Source: Eledone cirrhosa (lineage: Eukaryota). From it: a DNA stretch of 64,000 bases. This document shows, piece after piece, positions 30,624 to 43,007 of the stretch. Location of the stretch: the NCBI GenBank assembly GCA_964016885.1, contig OZ024742.1, forward strand, positions 57,040,001-57,104,000, given 5' to 3'. Under the pieces are notes generated by a model. It ran no database searches and had not been told where the DNA came from. It saw only the letters and a program-made list of their open reading frames with translations. Position 1 is the first letter of the stretch. Each line of letters opens with the position of its first letter. Both the position numbers and the translations under genes were made by a program.

Positions 30624-30870
30624 GTGAATTTATATATAGTGTATTTTGCAATACACTTTATGCTTAATTAAAAGCATTTCGAAGACCTTATGCTATTGTT
30701 TTAGAGTAGTGACAAACTCACTTACTTTAATTTCAGCAAACAGGGGGATATAAAGCTGACAAAGCCTTGTTTCTGCATTTATTGATGCTTATCAAAGCCA
30801 ACTAGTCCTCCCGTCTACTGAAATCACGGATGTTTGGTCCTTATAGAATTCTAGTAAATAATCAGGAACT

Positions 30871-30872
<2 letters not shown>
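30624..30872 (-). mobile_element. Diverged partial relative of the 310-bp unit with decayed hammerhead
   Basis: Shares tatgtgaat...gaagacct...gcta and cttatagaat...caggaactg. Minus strand reads ggct TTGATAA gcat-caataa-atgc-a GAAA caaggctttg TC agct with a long distal stem I. Confidence 0.7.
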
Positions 30873-30908
<36 letters not shown>

Positions 30909-30948
30909 TGTATATAAATATATTGGTATATATAGATATGTATGTATG

Positions 30949-31052
<104 letters not shown>

Positions 31053-31081
31053 AATGTATGTGTATATATATATATATATAT

Positions 31082-31281
31082 AACGAAGGAAATGTGGTAA
31101 GGAACCAGGTGGACCATAACGCACCAAAGTACTCAATACTTGAGGTAGTAGAGTGGGTAATAGGAACCAGTAAGACCCCGACAGCTGAGCTCAAGCCGTT
31201 TCGACGGCTAATTCTGGACGAGAATTGTCCAGAATTAGCCGTCGAAACGGCTTGAGCTCAGCTGTCGTGGTCTTACTGGTT

Positions 31282-31285
<4 letters not shown>
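31082..31285. mobile_element. 200-bp fold-back element in (TA)n (second copy 55238-55434)
   Basis: About 59-bp arms 31161-31219 and 31227-31285 with one mismatch, plus an 80-bp unpaired tail. Homologous to 55238-55434 in opposite orientation. Confidence 0.8.
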
Positions 31286-31351
<66 letters not shown>

Positions 31352-31374
31352 TGTATGTATATATATATATATAT

Positions 31375-31417
<43 letters not shown>

Positions 31418-31440
31418 TGTATGTATATATATATATATAT

Positions 31441-31504
<64 letters not shown>

Positions 31505-31508
<4 letters not shown>

Positions 31509-34500
31509 TTTGCGAGGTTTTTGATATGAAATTGTGTGTCGAAACAAATATTGTTATACTTGGGGAGGGTCATATTTGTGTAATATTGCCAGAATTAATA
31601 ACAGAACACACTCACTGTTTGGTTGGTTTTCGCTTTTCGCTTCTCTGTCTTTTATATCGGTAATCTAATTTATTCGGTCCTCAATGTTGCCATTGACTGA
31701 CCAACGGTCAAAAATACAGATACAATATAGACACAAACACATATATATAGTTTATCAAAGTTCTTTCGTTGCACATCTGCAACATCGTCAGTGGTGCTAT
31801 TGTTTCCTCCCGTTGCATTGTATTTTCTACGCCATCTTTATTTATTCTGTTTATATATTTATTTATTTGTTTATTTTATTTTGTCTTCTTTGCGCATGCG
31901 TTTGCGTGTGTGTATAGTGTTGTGTTTGATGTGTATTCGTGATTGGGTGACGGTGTATTGGTTAATGTATTCTATCTTTACTAGTGTGTGTTTATATGTG
32001 TTTGTTGTTATTGTGCTTGTGTATGTATTAATTTATTTATTTATCTATTTATTTATTTATTTATACTTCTCTTAGGTCAATGTTGTTTGTTTGGGTGTTG
32101 TTATTCCATTCATTTTTTCTGTTTAGCCTTGGCCTTCTAAGTTCTGTTTCACTGGCCTCTCTGATTTGCCTATCTGCTGGGTCATTTCTATGTTTAGATA
32201 TTATTCTAATTTCTATGTTGTCTATGTTACCGTCGTGTTGTTGTTGTCTGGCATGTTCGTATAGTACTGAACCGTTTTTTCGTCCTATTAGTTCCCCCCA
32301 GTGTTGGTCTATCCTTTCACCCATGCTACGAGCTGTCTCGCCTATGTATGTTGTTGTCATGTTTCTGCAAGTACCCTCTGTACATCTTATGCTATAGACT
32401 ACGTTTCTAGTTTTACAGTTTATCCGGGGGGTTACCTTACATATCATACATTTCCTATTAGTACAGTGGGTTTTCTTGAAAGGGTAGGTTTTGGTGATCA
32501 GGGATTTTATGGTGGTTCCTGGCTTTTCTACCACCTTAATCTTTAAGTGGGTCTTTCTCAGGGCCTTTCTACACTGGTTAGCTAATTTCCCTCCAGGGGT
32601 AGCGTCCACAAACATGACACTCTGGTATCTCTGATTGTCGTACCATGAGGTGGCTTTCCCTATCTTATGTCTAGCCCTATCTAAGCTATTCCATGATTTG
32701 CTCCTGTATAATGGGCAAATTCCTTTCATGTCCAGTTCTATGAGGGGCATACACTTCTCCGTGGCTCCTTCGTATACTCTGATTCTGTCTCGTTGGTTGT
32801 AGCCGGAGAACTGCATGCGGTTGATGAAGTGTTGGATGTGTCTTTCCATTTCTGTTGGGTCGCACATGCGGGACACGTTCTTCATCACTCGTACCAAGTC
32901 TGCGATCAGAATATTAAACTTAGCACTACTGGATATTGCTGAGTTTTTGAGTATCAGGTATTTGGAGGCCATGGGTTTAGCATAGTGTGAGTGGAGAATT
33001 TTGGCTCTCTCGTCTATAGTGTTAATCCAGAGTTCCGTGTATAATGCAGGTAGTTTATTGTTAGGGTGTTTGGAAGGGTACGATAGTTACAGTTATACTC
33101 TGGTGTATGGAATTAGCTATTTGCTGGATGATTTCCATTGTGCTACGTTCTAAATCAAACTTGTTAGTACTCTCTTGTGGGGATGTTCTTATAACTATAT
33201 TGATATTGTCTACGTAACGAGAGTACATGATGAGGTCTATGGAGCTCTCATTAAGGAGATCTTTAAGTCTCCTTTCCCACCATACCATAAAAAGGTTGGC
33301 AGCTATGCTGACGCCAATGGCTGCTCCCTCATTTTGTGTGTAGATCTTCTCGTTGAACTTGAATATGTGGCCCTTTAGGGTAGTTTTGATACTAGCCACT
33401 ATTGCATGTGCGACCATTTTTCTTACCCGATCATTGTTTTGGGGGGTCCGTATAGCTTTGGTCCACCCAATCCACCTTCCTATGGGAGTCTTTTTAGCCA
33501 TTGAGGTTATGGTGGGGGTTCTACCTCTTATGGGTCTACTGGGGCAGAAACGTCTAAGGTCATGGCTGTCTAGGTAGTCAGTGTCGTAGGTAAGTCTAAG
33601 TAGGAGGCCCAGTTCGCCTGTGTCGACGTCGCAGAACTCCACCTCACTCTCAATGATCATCTCCACACATTTTTCCACAGCAAAATCAATGTTAATTGAT
33701 GGGTACAGTGATACCACATCCATACTGCCTATTATGCAGTTGGATAGGTTCCTGTTTTTGTTGCACTCACTGATTCTGCTGAGGAGGTCCTCTGTACTGT
33801 CACATACAACTGGGGACATCTTGATTATGGGGCGTATAACCATTGAGAGGAAGTAGGAGATCCTGTAGTTGCTAGCTATATTTGCTCCTCATACGGGTCT
33901 TGTTGGTGGTCCTGTTGTCGGGTCGTCGACTGTCTTGTGGTCTTTGCGGAGCCCATACAAGGGTGGTATGCCATTGTTAGACGCCTGGAAGTTGTTGGCA
34001 GTGCGTCTGCTTGGCTTTAGGATGTCGGTCCACATCATCATGCGAGCGTTGAGGATTTTCTCTCTCCCATCATGTATTTGCTGTGCAATTTCGTTCGTGT
34101 TGGTGATGTGGGGTTGCATAGCCTTGATGTAGTTCGGCATGCTATCTACTGACATCCTACCAGACTTATCTGTGGGTAGACATACTACCTCACCATCCCT
34201 TGTGCGCTGCTTGAGGCTAACCAAGCCTTCTACAGGTTTCCTCCCAAGTTGTTGGGCCTCTGGTTTGTTCTGTCTCTTAGTATACCGGTCTACTATTTGT
34301 CTAATCTTATTTCTAGCTATGGTGAACTGTGCCTCTGTCTCGTCATCTATTTGTTGTGGTATGCAAACTCTTTTATTAAAGGGTAACCTCGTAGGATAGA
34401 TATTACCCATCTTATATGTTTTGTCAGCTGGGTTGAAGAATAGTTTCTCTAAGGGGTTGTCATTATATCTATCGTCATAGTTGTGTGTGTTGCTATTATT

Positions 34501-35455
34501 GTTATTATGGTGGTTGTTGTTGTTCCTACCATTAGCATTATTATTATTGTTATGATTGCTAGATGTATTGTTGCTGTGATTGTTGTTTTCTTGAGCGTTA
34601 TTGTTGTTGTTACTGTTATTTCTACCATTGTGGTTGTTACTTTTATTATGTTTCTTGTTTTTGTTGTGTCTATCATTAATGTTGCTACTTGTATTATTTC
34701 TATTATTACCACTGTGGTTGTTGTTGTTGATGTTATTCGTATTGTTACCGTTATTACTACTGTGGTCGCTGCTGCTGTGTCTGTAGTTAATGTTTCTATT
34801 ATTATTATTGTGGTTGTTGTTGTTGTTGTTCTGTCTATCGTTAATATTATTACCATTATTACTATTTCTCACTCTCCTGCTATTGTTATTGTTATGACTA
34901 TTACTATTATAGCTGTTATTTCTATACTCAGAGTTATTGTTTATATTACTACTACCGTTATTATTGTTGTTGTTGTCCGTATAGTTGTTGTTGTTGTTGT
35001 TGTTGTTTACTTTTGCATTCCAACGTATTTTTGTGAAACACTTTTCCAGCTCCGTTTTGCACTCAATAGGGTTAATCTTTTTGTAGATGGCAAATTTTGG
35101 TGGTAGCTGCAAGATTTGTTGTTCTTGTTCACTGATTAAAGTGTTCCCATAAATAATTACTGTGTGGTCATTGGTAAATTCTTCCAGTAGATTTACATCA
35201 GTCATACGGATATTGTTGATGTTATCTGGGTATTTTTGAGAATATTCTATTTTCCTTTCTTCTAGTTTTTTCTTATTCATCCATTCTAATTTCTTGTTGA
35301 AATGCCTATTGCGTTCGTTTCGGGCGTATTTCGTTTCACGTCGGATGACGCTCATGAAGTCATCCCTTTCGTTTGGTGTGGTGAGATTTAAGACTTCCTT
35401 ACCGTTAATGCGTTTCTGTCTGTAAAGTTCGTTGACTTTTGTGTATGTTGTTCTA
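31505..35455 (-). mobile_element. Penelope-like element family B2, near full length, frameshifted (Asn-rich N-terminus, RT, GIY-YIG, 3' region)
   Basis: [60 protein letters not shown]...YIGETARS..ERIDQH, RQIREA..LNRKNEW in ORFs 33889-35455, 33061-33843 and 32061-32972. Confidence 0.92.
31754..31795 (-). ncRNA. Hammerhead-like motif in the PLE B2 3' region (homologous copy 44352-44393 on +)
   Basis: acca CTGACGA t-gttgca-gatg-tgcaac GAAA gaac TT tgat. Stem II covaries with the B1 motif. Confidence 0.6.
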
Positions 35456-35467
35456 TATACATATATA

Positions 35468-35585
<118 letters not shown>

Positions 35586-35753
35586 GTCTATATATATATA
35601 AATATATATATATGTATATACATGGAAAGTTATATTTAAATTGTTGGGTTAACAACGAGTAAATATTTATAACTGATATAAAAGCACTCAACAAGTATTT
35701 GGAGTATATTTATGATATTAAATAAATGGAAACTATATTTATAAAACCATATT

Positions 35754-35819
35754 TATTTCGTTATATATATTTCAGGGATATCATATTAACAATATGTTAT
35801 GCCATCTTCAGACAAAATA
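35754..35819 (-). ncRNA. Type I hammerhead, homologue of 11492-11556
   Basis: tattttgt CTGAAGA tggcataacatat-tgtta-atatgatatccct GAAA tatata TA acgaaata. Confidence 0.7.
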
Positions 35820-35887
35820 CAATATAAACAGTCTTTGATACCATCAACACTATAAACACAGAGCTGGCATATCTAAGAACTGACTAA

Positions 35888-35941
35888 CTGCCTGATGAGG
35901 TCATAGCCATTCAATGGCTATCATCGAAATATATATAGCAG
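35888..35941 (+). ncRNA. Type I hammerhead ribozyme
   Basis: ctgc CTGATGA ggtcatagccat-tca-atggctatcatc GAAA tatata TA gcag. Intact core, long stem II, palindromic stem III. Confidence 0.82.
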
Positions 35942-36057
35942 AAAATAAAGGATTATGGGTTTATGCAATTGAGTTATGTTTCGTCACTATATGTATATAT
36001 ATATATATATACACACACACATATATATATATATGTATATTTATATATATACCGATA

Positions 36058-37299
36058 TAAACCGATATGTGCATATATATATGTGTGCATGTATGTATGT
36101 ATATACATACTACTGTACATCGGTATACATATATGTATGTACGTATACATACATACATACTTGCATTTAAGTAAGGGCCGTACTAAGAGTGAGAAATGAA
36201 ATTTCGTTTCATTCTATTCCATTTATCGTTTTCGGTGCGCCCGGCCGACTGAACTCACTCGATATGCAAATTAGGCTGCTCAGTCGTTAATTTGCATAAG
36301 GAAAGTATATACTTTCAGACGTTCAACCATCTGGCAGGAAGATATACCTTGCTGACGATAGCTATATAAGCTTGAAACTAGTACAGCGTTCCTTTGTCAG
36401 TGTTGAACAAATGAGCAACGATGGTTGCTAGACACTGTAGGCTTAATTCGAGATGTTTGTATACAAACACACCGAGCATTATAATAAATATTCGGTGAAT
36501 CCTGTGTCAGTCTTGAGCAAAAAGATGACGTGGTTGCCTAAACACTGTACGGCGTAATTCGGGCTGTTTGTTTGTTTACAAACAAACAAACCGAGCATTA
36601 TAATAAAAGTTCGGTAAACCGATACGTGCATATATATATGTGTGCATGTATGTATATATATATATATACATACTACTGTACGTCTGTATACATATATGTA
36701 TGTACGTATACATACATACATACATTTAAGTAAGTGCCGTACTAAGAGTGAGAAATGAAATTTCGTTTCATTCTCTTCCATTTATCGTTTTCGGTGCGCC
36801 CGACCGACTGAACTCACTCGATATGCAAATTAGGCTGCTTGTATACCTTCCTGCCAGATGGTTGAACGTCTGAAAAAATATACTTTCCGTGTGCATATTA
36901 ACTCACTCGATATGCAAATTAGGTTGCTCAGCCGTTAATATGCATAAGGAAAGTATATACTTTCAGACGTTCAACTGCCTGGCAGGAAGGTATACGTTGC
37001 TGACGATAGCTAATAAGCTTGAAACTAGTACAGCGTTCCTTTGTCAGTGTTGAACAAATGAGCAACGATGGTTGCTAGACACTGTACGACTTAATTCGGG
37101 ATGTTTGTTTACAAACACACCGAGCATTATAATAAATGTTCGGTGAATCCATACGTACATATAAATATGTGTGAATGTATGTGTATATATATACATACTA
37201 CTGTACCTCTGTATACATATATGTATGTACGTGTACATACTTATATTTAAGTAACAGCCGTACTAAGAGTGAGAAATGAAATTTAGTTTCATTTTTTCC

Positions 37300-37302
<3 letters not shown>
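36058..37302 (+). repeat. Imperfect tandem repeat (two units of about 530-560 bp plus a partial third) carrying hammerheads; internal duplications and a 60-bp inversion at 36841-36900
   Basis: ccgtactaagagtgagaaatgaaattt recurs at about 36178, 36737 and 37258. HHR motifs at 36346-36389 and 36994-37036. Confidence 0.8.
36994..37036 (+). ncRNA. Type I hammerhead ribozyme (second copy 36346-36389)
   Basis: acgttg CTGACGA t-agc-taataa-gct-t GAAA ctag TA cagcgt. Palindromic ACTAGT stem III; stem I extends through aagg/cctt, ctggca/tgtcag and gttcaac/gttgaac. Confidence 0.82.
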
Positions 37303-37360
<58 letters not shown>

Positions 37361-37365
<5 letters not shown>

Positions 37366-38085
37366 AGATTTGAATGGATACAGTTTAGTTGAAAGGAATT
37401 TATTGACCCGTGTTTCTATGACAGTTACATAACCTAAAACAGCTATCTACAAACTTTTAGTTATGCAGACATTCAATATTTCAATGTTATTATTTACTGT
37501 CATTTCATCAGAATAATATTACTGAGGACCTATTTAGTTTTTATAGAGAATATTAGGAGGGAGGGGTGAAGTTGTTAGAAGAATAGTTGAAGGAGTGGTT
37601 TTTCGATAGCAGTGAGAATTCTTGGTGGCAGTGAGTAATTAGATTCCCATCTGTTGTTTTGACATTTTTTATAGAATATATTATTGGTTATTTTTCTAAA
37701 TCTATAGAAGGATTAGAGATAGTAAAGATATGCGTGGTTGGTTTTGTGTTTGCACTTAACATTCAGACTTAAATTTTTCTTTCAAGTGTACGTATTCTTT
37801 CACCCACGCATTCACACACAAATATATTTGCACACCTCTACAAAATACATATACTCACAATTCACATATTCATACTTACATATATATACACATGCATACA
37901 CATACATATACACACATGTATTCATGTACATACATACGCGCTCATGTGTATACATTTTCATACTCAACTTATCTTTATATATACACACGTATAGACACAC
38001 ACATATATACATACACACTCTAGTCCATGTGTACACACATACACATACATACACATCCATATACACATACATACATACACATATA

Positions 38086-38121
<36 letters not shown>

Positions 38122-39878
38122 CATACATATATATATATATATACATACATATACACATATACACACATATACATATACACACACACATATATACATATAT
38201 AAGCACTTTAATACATGAATACACTTACATCTAACTATACACATCAAACATATATATATATTTACGTATTTATATACATTTTCACATATATATACATACT
38301 TATGGACGTTTTTAGACACATTCATTATCGCATATTTGTACCTATTCTCATCAGCATATCTTTTCATTATTAGTATGGTAATTTAAGGTTATTAATATAT
38401 GTTGAGAAGAGATTGTTTTTATATTTTTCTAACTAGATTAAGGTTTATATAGTTGGGGGATGTCCCTCTTTTATGTAATATTCTGCTTGTAGTGGGAAAA
38501 AAGGGTTTTAGTTCGGTGACGGCAGAATAATGTTCGTTCAATTCTGTTATTCAGCAGTTTCTTCTTGTGTGTGATTGTGTAATAAATCTCAAGATTACAC
38601 AATTTGCAGAAATTTTGGCTCCTGGAAAAGCTTTGGGTTTTAGCTAATTTTTCCCATTTTAGGGTAAACTTTTGATTGCTATCCCTGAGCGTCCAAGCTT
38701 TTTCTGCTAAAGTTGTTACATTTCTTTGGCTCTGGTGTTTTATTGAGTAAGAATGCCTATACAATCGAGATTTAAATGATGTTGCCGTTGATCCCACGTA
38801 ATACCACTCGTTGCCTCCGGATTTAATGGTACACTTATAAATAATATTTTTTTCCAGGCAGTTATTGCCGAGGGGGCAGTTGTCAGGATAGGTGCAGTTA
38901 CAGTTGTGTACGTTGGGTTTTCTCTGGAGTAGTATTGCGGACGAACTTAGGTGTGGTTTATTTATGTTCTGTAGTGTATTGTCTACTGTTTTTTTGGGGT
39001 TCTTTGTACTTAAGTTCTTAGTGTTTTCGTTTAACCTTCTAGTATTGATCTTTTTTATGTGTTGTTCAAGGTTTAACGCTGTAGAGTATGACAGTCTTAT
39101 AGTGGTAGGGTTTAGGATTTTGTGGTATTTGTGTGATGTGGGAAAATGTCTTTTAATTATTTTAAAGAAGAGTACTGGTAAATTTGTACTAATGGAGCTA
39201 TTGTATTCGGGGTTATACCATAAGTACTCTTTGCATCGCTTTCTATTAGTTTTGTTTGTTGGTTTACTGGTGTGCATACTATGGTAGTAAGTGTGGTTTG
39301 GTGTTGTGTTATTATATCTACCTATGTGGGATTTATTTTGGGTGTTTTGATTGTTCCCATCTATGTACTCTATTTTGTTGAGGTAGCCTGCTTTACTAAG
39401 GGCGTTATCGTAGTACTCGGCGTGTTCCTTAAATACTTGTATGTTAGAAGATAGACCCGAGATTCTAAGGGAAATATTTTTAGGGATAGATTTAATTATA
39501 GAGATGGGGTGGTTAGACCCAACATTTACGTATTTGAGATTTTCATTCAATTTATGAAACGGTTTAATCAAACCAGAGTTTAAATTGAGTGTGACATCCA
39601 GGAAGTTAACTACTTTAAGGTTGTATTCATATGTTATAGTTAGTCCTATTTCGAGTAGTAGTTTTCTTATATCTTTGCGTAGTTTTTCTAGTTTTTGGTT
39701 ATTAAGGTTTTTAGCTAGGAGGAGAACATCGTCGCGGTATATTCCGCCGTGGAGATTGCTGAATTTTTCCTGGAGTCTAAAGGCGATAAATAACCCCACA
39801 ATATCAGTTATTTCCGCCGAATCGTTAGAGCCCATTGTTATGTCAAAGTTAGAGGGTCTATCTTTACGTACCCAATAA
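37361..39878 (-). mobile_element. PLE family A, 5'-truncated copy (left arm of a 5-kb palindrome); open frame 38471-39878
   Basis: YWVRKDRPSNFDITMGSNDSAE...GIYRDD...FLDVTL...CNCTYPDNC...IIYKC..YYVGST through to the stop, with no interruption. Confidence 0.93.
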
Positions 39879-41625
39879 CGTAAAGATAGACCCTCTAACT
39901 TTGACATAACAATGGGCTCTAACGATTCGGCGGAAATAACTGATATTGTGGGGTTATTTATCGCCTTTAGACTCCAGGAAAAATTCAGCAATCTCCACGG
40001 CGGAATATACCGCGACGATGTTCTCCTCCTAGCTAAAAACCTTAATAACCAAAAACTAGAAAAACTACGCAAAGATATAAGAAAACTACTACTCGAAATA
40101 GGACTAACTATAACATATGAATACAACCTTAAAGTAGTTAACTTCCTGGATGTCACACTCAATTTAAACTCTGGTTTGATTAAACCGTTTCATAAATTGA
40201 ATGAAAATCTCAAATACGTAAATGTTGGGTCTAACCACCCCATCTCTATAATTAAATCTATCCCTAAAAATATTTCCCTTAGAATCTCGGGTCTATCTTC
40301 TAACATACAAGTATTTAAGGAACACGCCGAGTACTACGATAACGCCCTTAGTAAAGCAGGCTACCTCAACAAAATAGAGTACATAGATGGGAACAATCAA
40401 AACACCCAAAATAAATCCCACATAGGTAGATATAATAACACAACACCAAACCACACTTACTACCATAGTATGCACACCAGTAAACCAACAAACAAAACTA
40501 ATAGAAAGCGATGCAAAGAGTACTTATGGTATAACCCCGAATACAATAGCTCCATTAGTACAAATTTACCAGTACTCTTCTTTAAAATAATTAAAAGACA
40601 TTTTCCCACATCACACAAATACCACAAAATCCTAAACCCTACCACTATAAGACTGTCATACTCTACAGCGTTAAACCTTGAACAACACATAAAAAAGATC
40701 AATACTAGAAGGTTAAACGAAAACACTAAGAACTTAAGTACAAAGAACCCCAAAAAAACAGTAGACAATACACTACAGAACATAAATAAACCACACCTAA
40801 GTTCGTCCGCAATACTACTCCAGAGAAAACCCAACGTACACAACTGTAACTGCACCTATCCTGACAACTGCCCCCTCGGCAATAACTGCCTGGAAAAAAA
40901 TATTATTTATAAGTGTACCATTAAATCCGGAGGCAACGAGTGGTATTACGTGGGATCAACGGCAACATCGTTTAAATCTCGATTGTATAGGCATTCTTAC
41001 TCAATAAAACACCAGAGCCAAAGAAATGTAACAACTTTAGCAGAAAAAGCTTGGACGCTCAGGGATAGCAATCAAAAGTTTACCCTAAAATGGGAAAAAT
41101 TAGCTAAAACCCAAAGCTTTTCCAGGAGCCAAAATTTCTGCAAATTGTGTAATCTTGAGATTTATTACATAATCACACACAAGAAGAAACTGCTGAATAA
41201 CAGAATTGAACGAACATTATTCTGCCGTCACAGAACTAAAACCCTTTTTTCCCACTACAAGCAGAATATTACATAAAAGAGGGACATCCCCCAACTATAT
41301 AAACCTTAATCTAGTTAGAAAAATATAAAAACAATCTCTTCTCAACATATATTAATAACCTTAAATTACCATACTAATAATGAAAAGATATGCTGATGAG
41401 AATAGGTACAAATATGCGATAATGAATGTGTCTAAAAACGTCCATAAGTATGTATATATATGTGAAAATGTATATAAATACGTAAATATATATATATGTT
41501 TGATGTGTATAGTTAGATGTAAGTGTATTCATGTATTAAAGTGCTTATATATGTATATATGTGTGTGTGTATATGTATATGTGTGTATATGTGTATATGT
41601 ATGTATATATATATATATATGTATG

Positions 41626-41659
<34 letters not shown>

Positions 41660-42492
41660 TATATGTGTATGTATGTATGTGTATATGGATGTGTATGTAT
41701 GTGTATGTGTGTACACATGGACTAGAGTGTGTATGTATATATGTGTGTGTCTATACGTGTGTATATATAAAGATAAGTTGAGTATGAAAATGTATACACA
41801 TGAGCGCGTATGTATGTACATGAATACATGTGTGTATATGTATGTGTATGCATGTGTATATATATGTAAGTATGAATATGTGAATTGTGAGTATATGTAT
41901 TTTGTAGAGATGTGCAAATATATTTGTGTGTGAATGCGTGGGTGAAAGAATACGTACACTTGAAAGAAAAATTTAAGTCTGAATGTTAAGTGCAAACACA
42001 AAACCAACCACGCATATCTTTACTATCTCTAATCCTTCTATAGATTTAGAAAAATAACCAATAATATATTCTATAAAAAATGTCAAAACAACAGATGGGA
42101 ATCTAATTACTCACTGCCACCAAGAATTCTCACTGCTATCGAAAAACCACTCCTTCAACTATTCTTCTAACAACTTCACCCCTCCCTCCTAATATTCTCT
42201 ATAAAAACTAAATAGGTCCTCAGTAATATTATTCTGATGAAATGACAGTAAATAATAACATTGAAATATTGAATGTCTGCATAACTAAAAGTTTGTAGAT
42301 AGCTGTTTTAGGTTATGTAACTGTCATAGAAACACGTGTCAATAAATTCCTTTCAACTAAACTGTATCCATTCAAATCTTTCTATTTTTCTCCGGATTAC
42401 TTTTGGAACTACAACTGGAACCGTCGAGCAAACTCTACGTGAGCTGATAATCTACTGTGTGTAATATTTATATTACAACACAACGGAAAATA

Positions 42493-42496
<4 letters not shown>
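39878..42496 (+). mobile_element. PLE family A, 5'-truncated copy (right arm of the palindrome) with complete 3' tail; open frame to 41276
   Basis: Reverse complement of 37361-39869 with a few substitutions. Continues about 110 bp further to tactg(TA)n, as at 3990. Confidence 0.93.
39912..41276 (+). CDS. Partial PLE polyprotein (RT C-terminal half, thumb, Cys-rich linker, GIY-YIG endonuclease)
   Basis: 454-aa uninterrupted frame with YRDD, CxC-x5-C and IIYKC...YYVG..SRLYRH. The N-terminal RT is missing, so it is not autonomous. Confidence 0.8.
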   Translation: MGSNDSAEITDIVGLFIAFRLQEKFSNLHGGIYRDDVLLLAKNLNNQKLEKLRKDIRKLLLEIGLTITYEYNLKVVNFLDVTLNLNSGLIKPFHKLNENLKYVNVGSNHPISIIKSIPKNISLRISGLSSNIQVFKEHAEYYDNALSKAGYLNKIEYIDGNNQNTQNKSHIGRYNNTTPNHTYYHSMHTSKPTNKTNRKRCKEYLWYNPEYNSSISTNLPVLFFKIIKRHFPTSHKYHKILNPTTIRLSYSTALNLEQHIKKINTRRLNENTKNLSTKNPKKTVDNTLQNINKPHLSSSAILLQRKPNVHNCNCTYPDNCPLGNNCLEKNIIYKCTIKSGGNEWYYVGSTATSFKSRLYRHSYSIKHQSQRNVTTLAEKAWTLRDSNQKFTLKWEKLAKTQSFSRSQNFCKLCNLEIYYIITHKKKLLNNRIERTLFCRHRTKTLFSHYKQNIT

Positions 42497-42543
<47 letters not shown>

Positions 42544-42550
<7 letters not shown>

Positions 42551-43007
42551 TAAATCATGTCTTTAGAATCATCAGATATTAAAATATATACTATTTCTTC
42601 TTCTAATTAGCATAATTAACCATATACAAAATCAATCCGAGCAAGCTATAAGAATAAATTCTCTTATGGGGAAATCTCCGACAAATAACCGAACGTAGCC
42701 TCTTCGCGGCGGCCCCGTTCGAGTATTTATCCACCATTTCGACAGCATGTAGAAACTGACTAAATATACCATCAACCATACACAATTAGTTGTAAAATTA
42801 AACTTAGAAGAAATGCGCACATACCGTAATTATATCTCTACCATGGTTTCTTCCTTATTTTGGACATCCAAATAATAGGAATGTCCTGAGCCAGAAGAAG
42901 AAATAGTATATATTTTAATATCTGATGATTCTAAAGACATGATTTATGATATAATGCCCTGATCTTTTGATTTTAATTTATTAATTCTTCATAGAGCTTA
43001 AAAGTGA
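42544..43007. repeat. Small element with 61-bp inverted arms (42544-42604 and 42893-42953) around a 288-bp spacer
   Basis: tatatcataaatcatgtctttagaatcatcagatatt...ttcttcttct is mirrored at 42893-42953. The left arm abuts (TA)n. Confidence 0.75.

Noticed and set aside
38471-40162. 563-aa ORF as a novel protein
   Set aside because: Its first 95 or so residues are antisense read-through across the palindrome centre.
42228-42282. Hammerhead in the family A 3' region (ctgatga aatg..catt gaaa tattgaatg tc)
   Set aside because: Core and stem II are present but I could not form stem I, and the copy near 7705 reads ccgatga. Left as unresolved rather than called.
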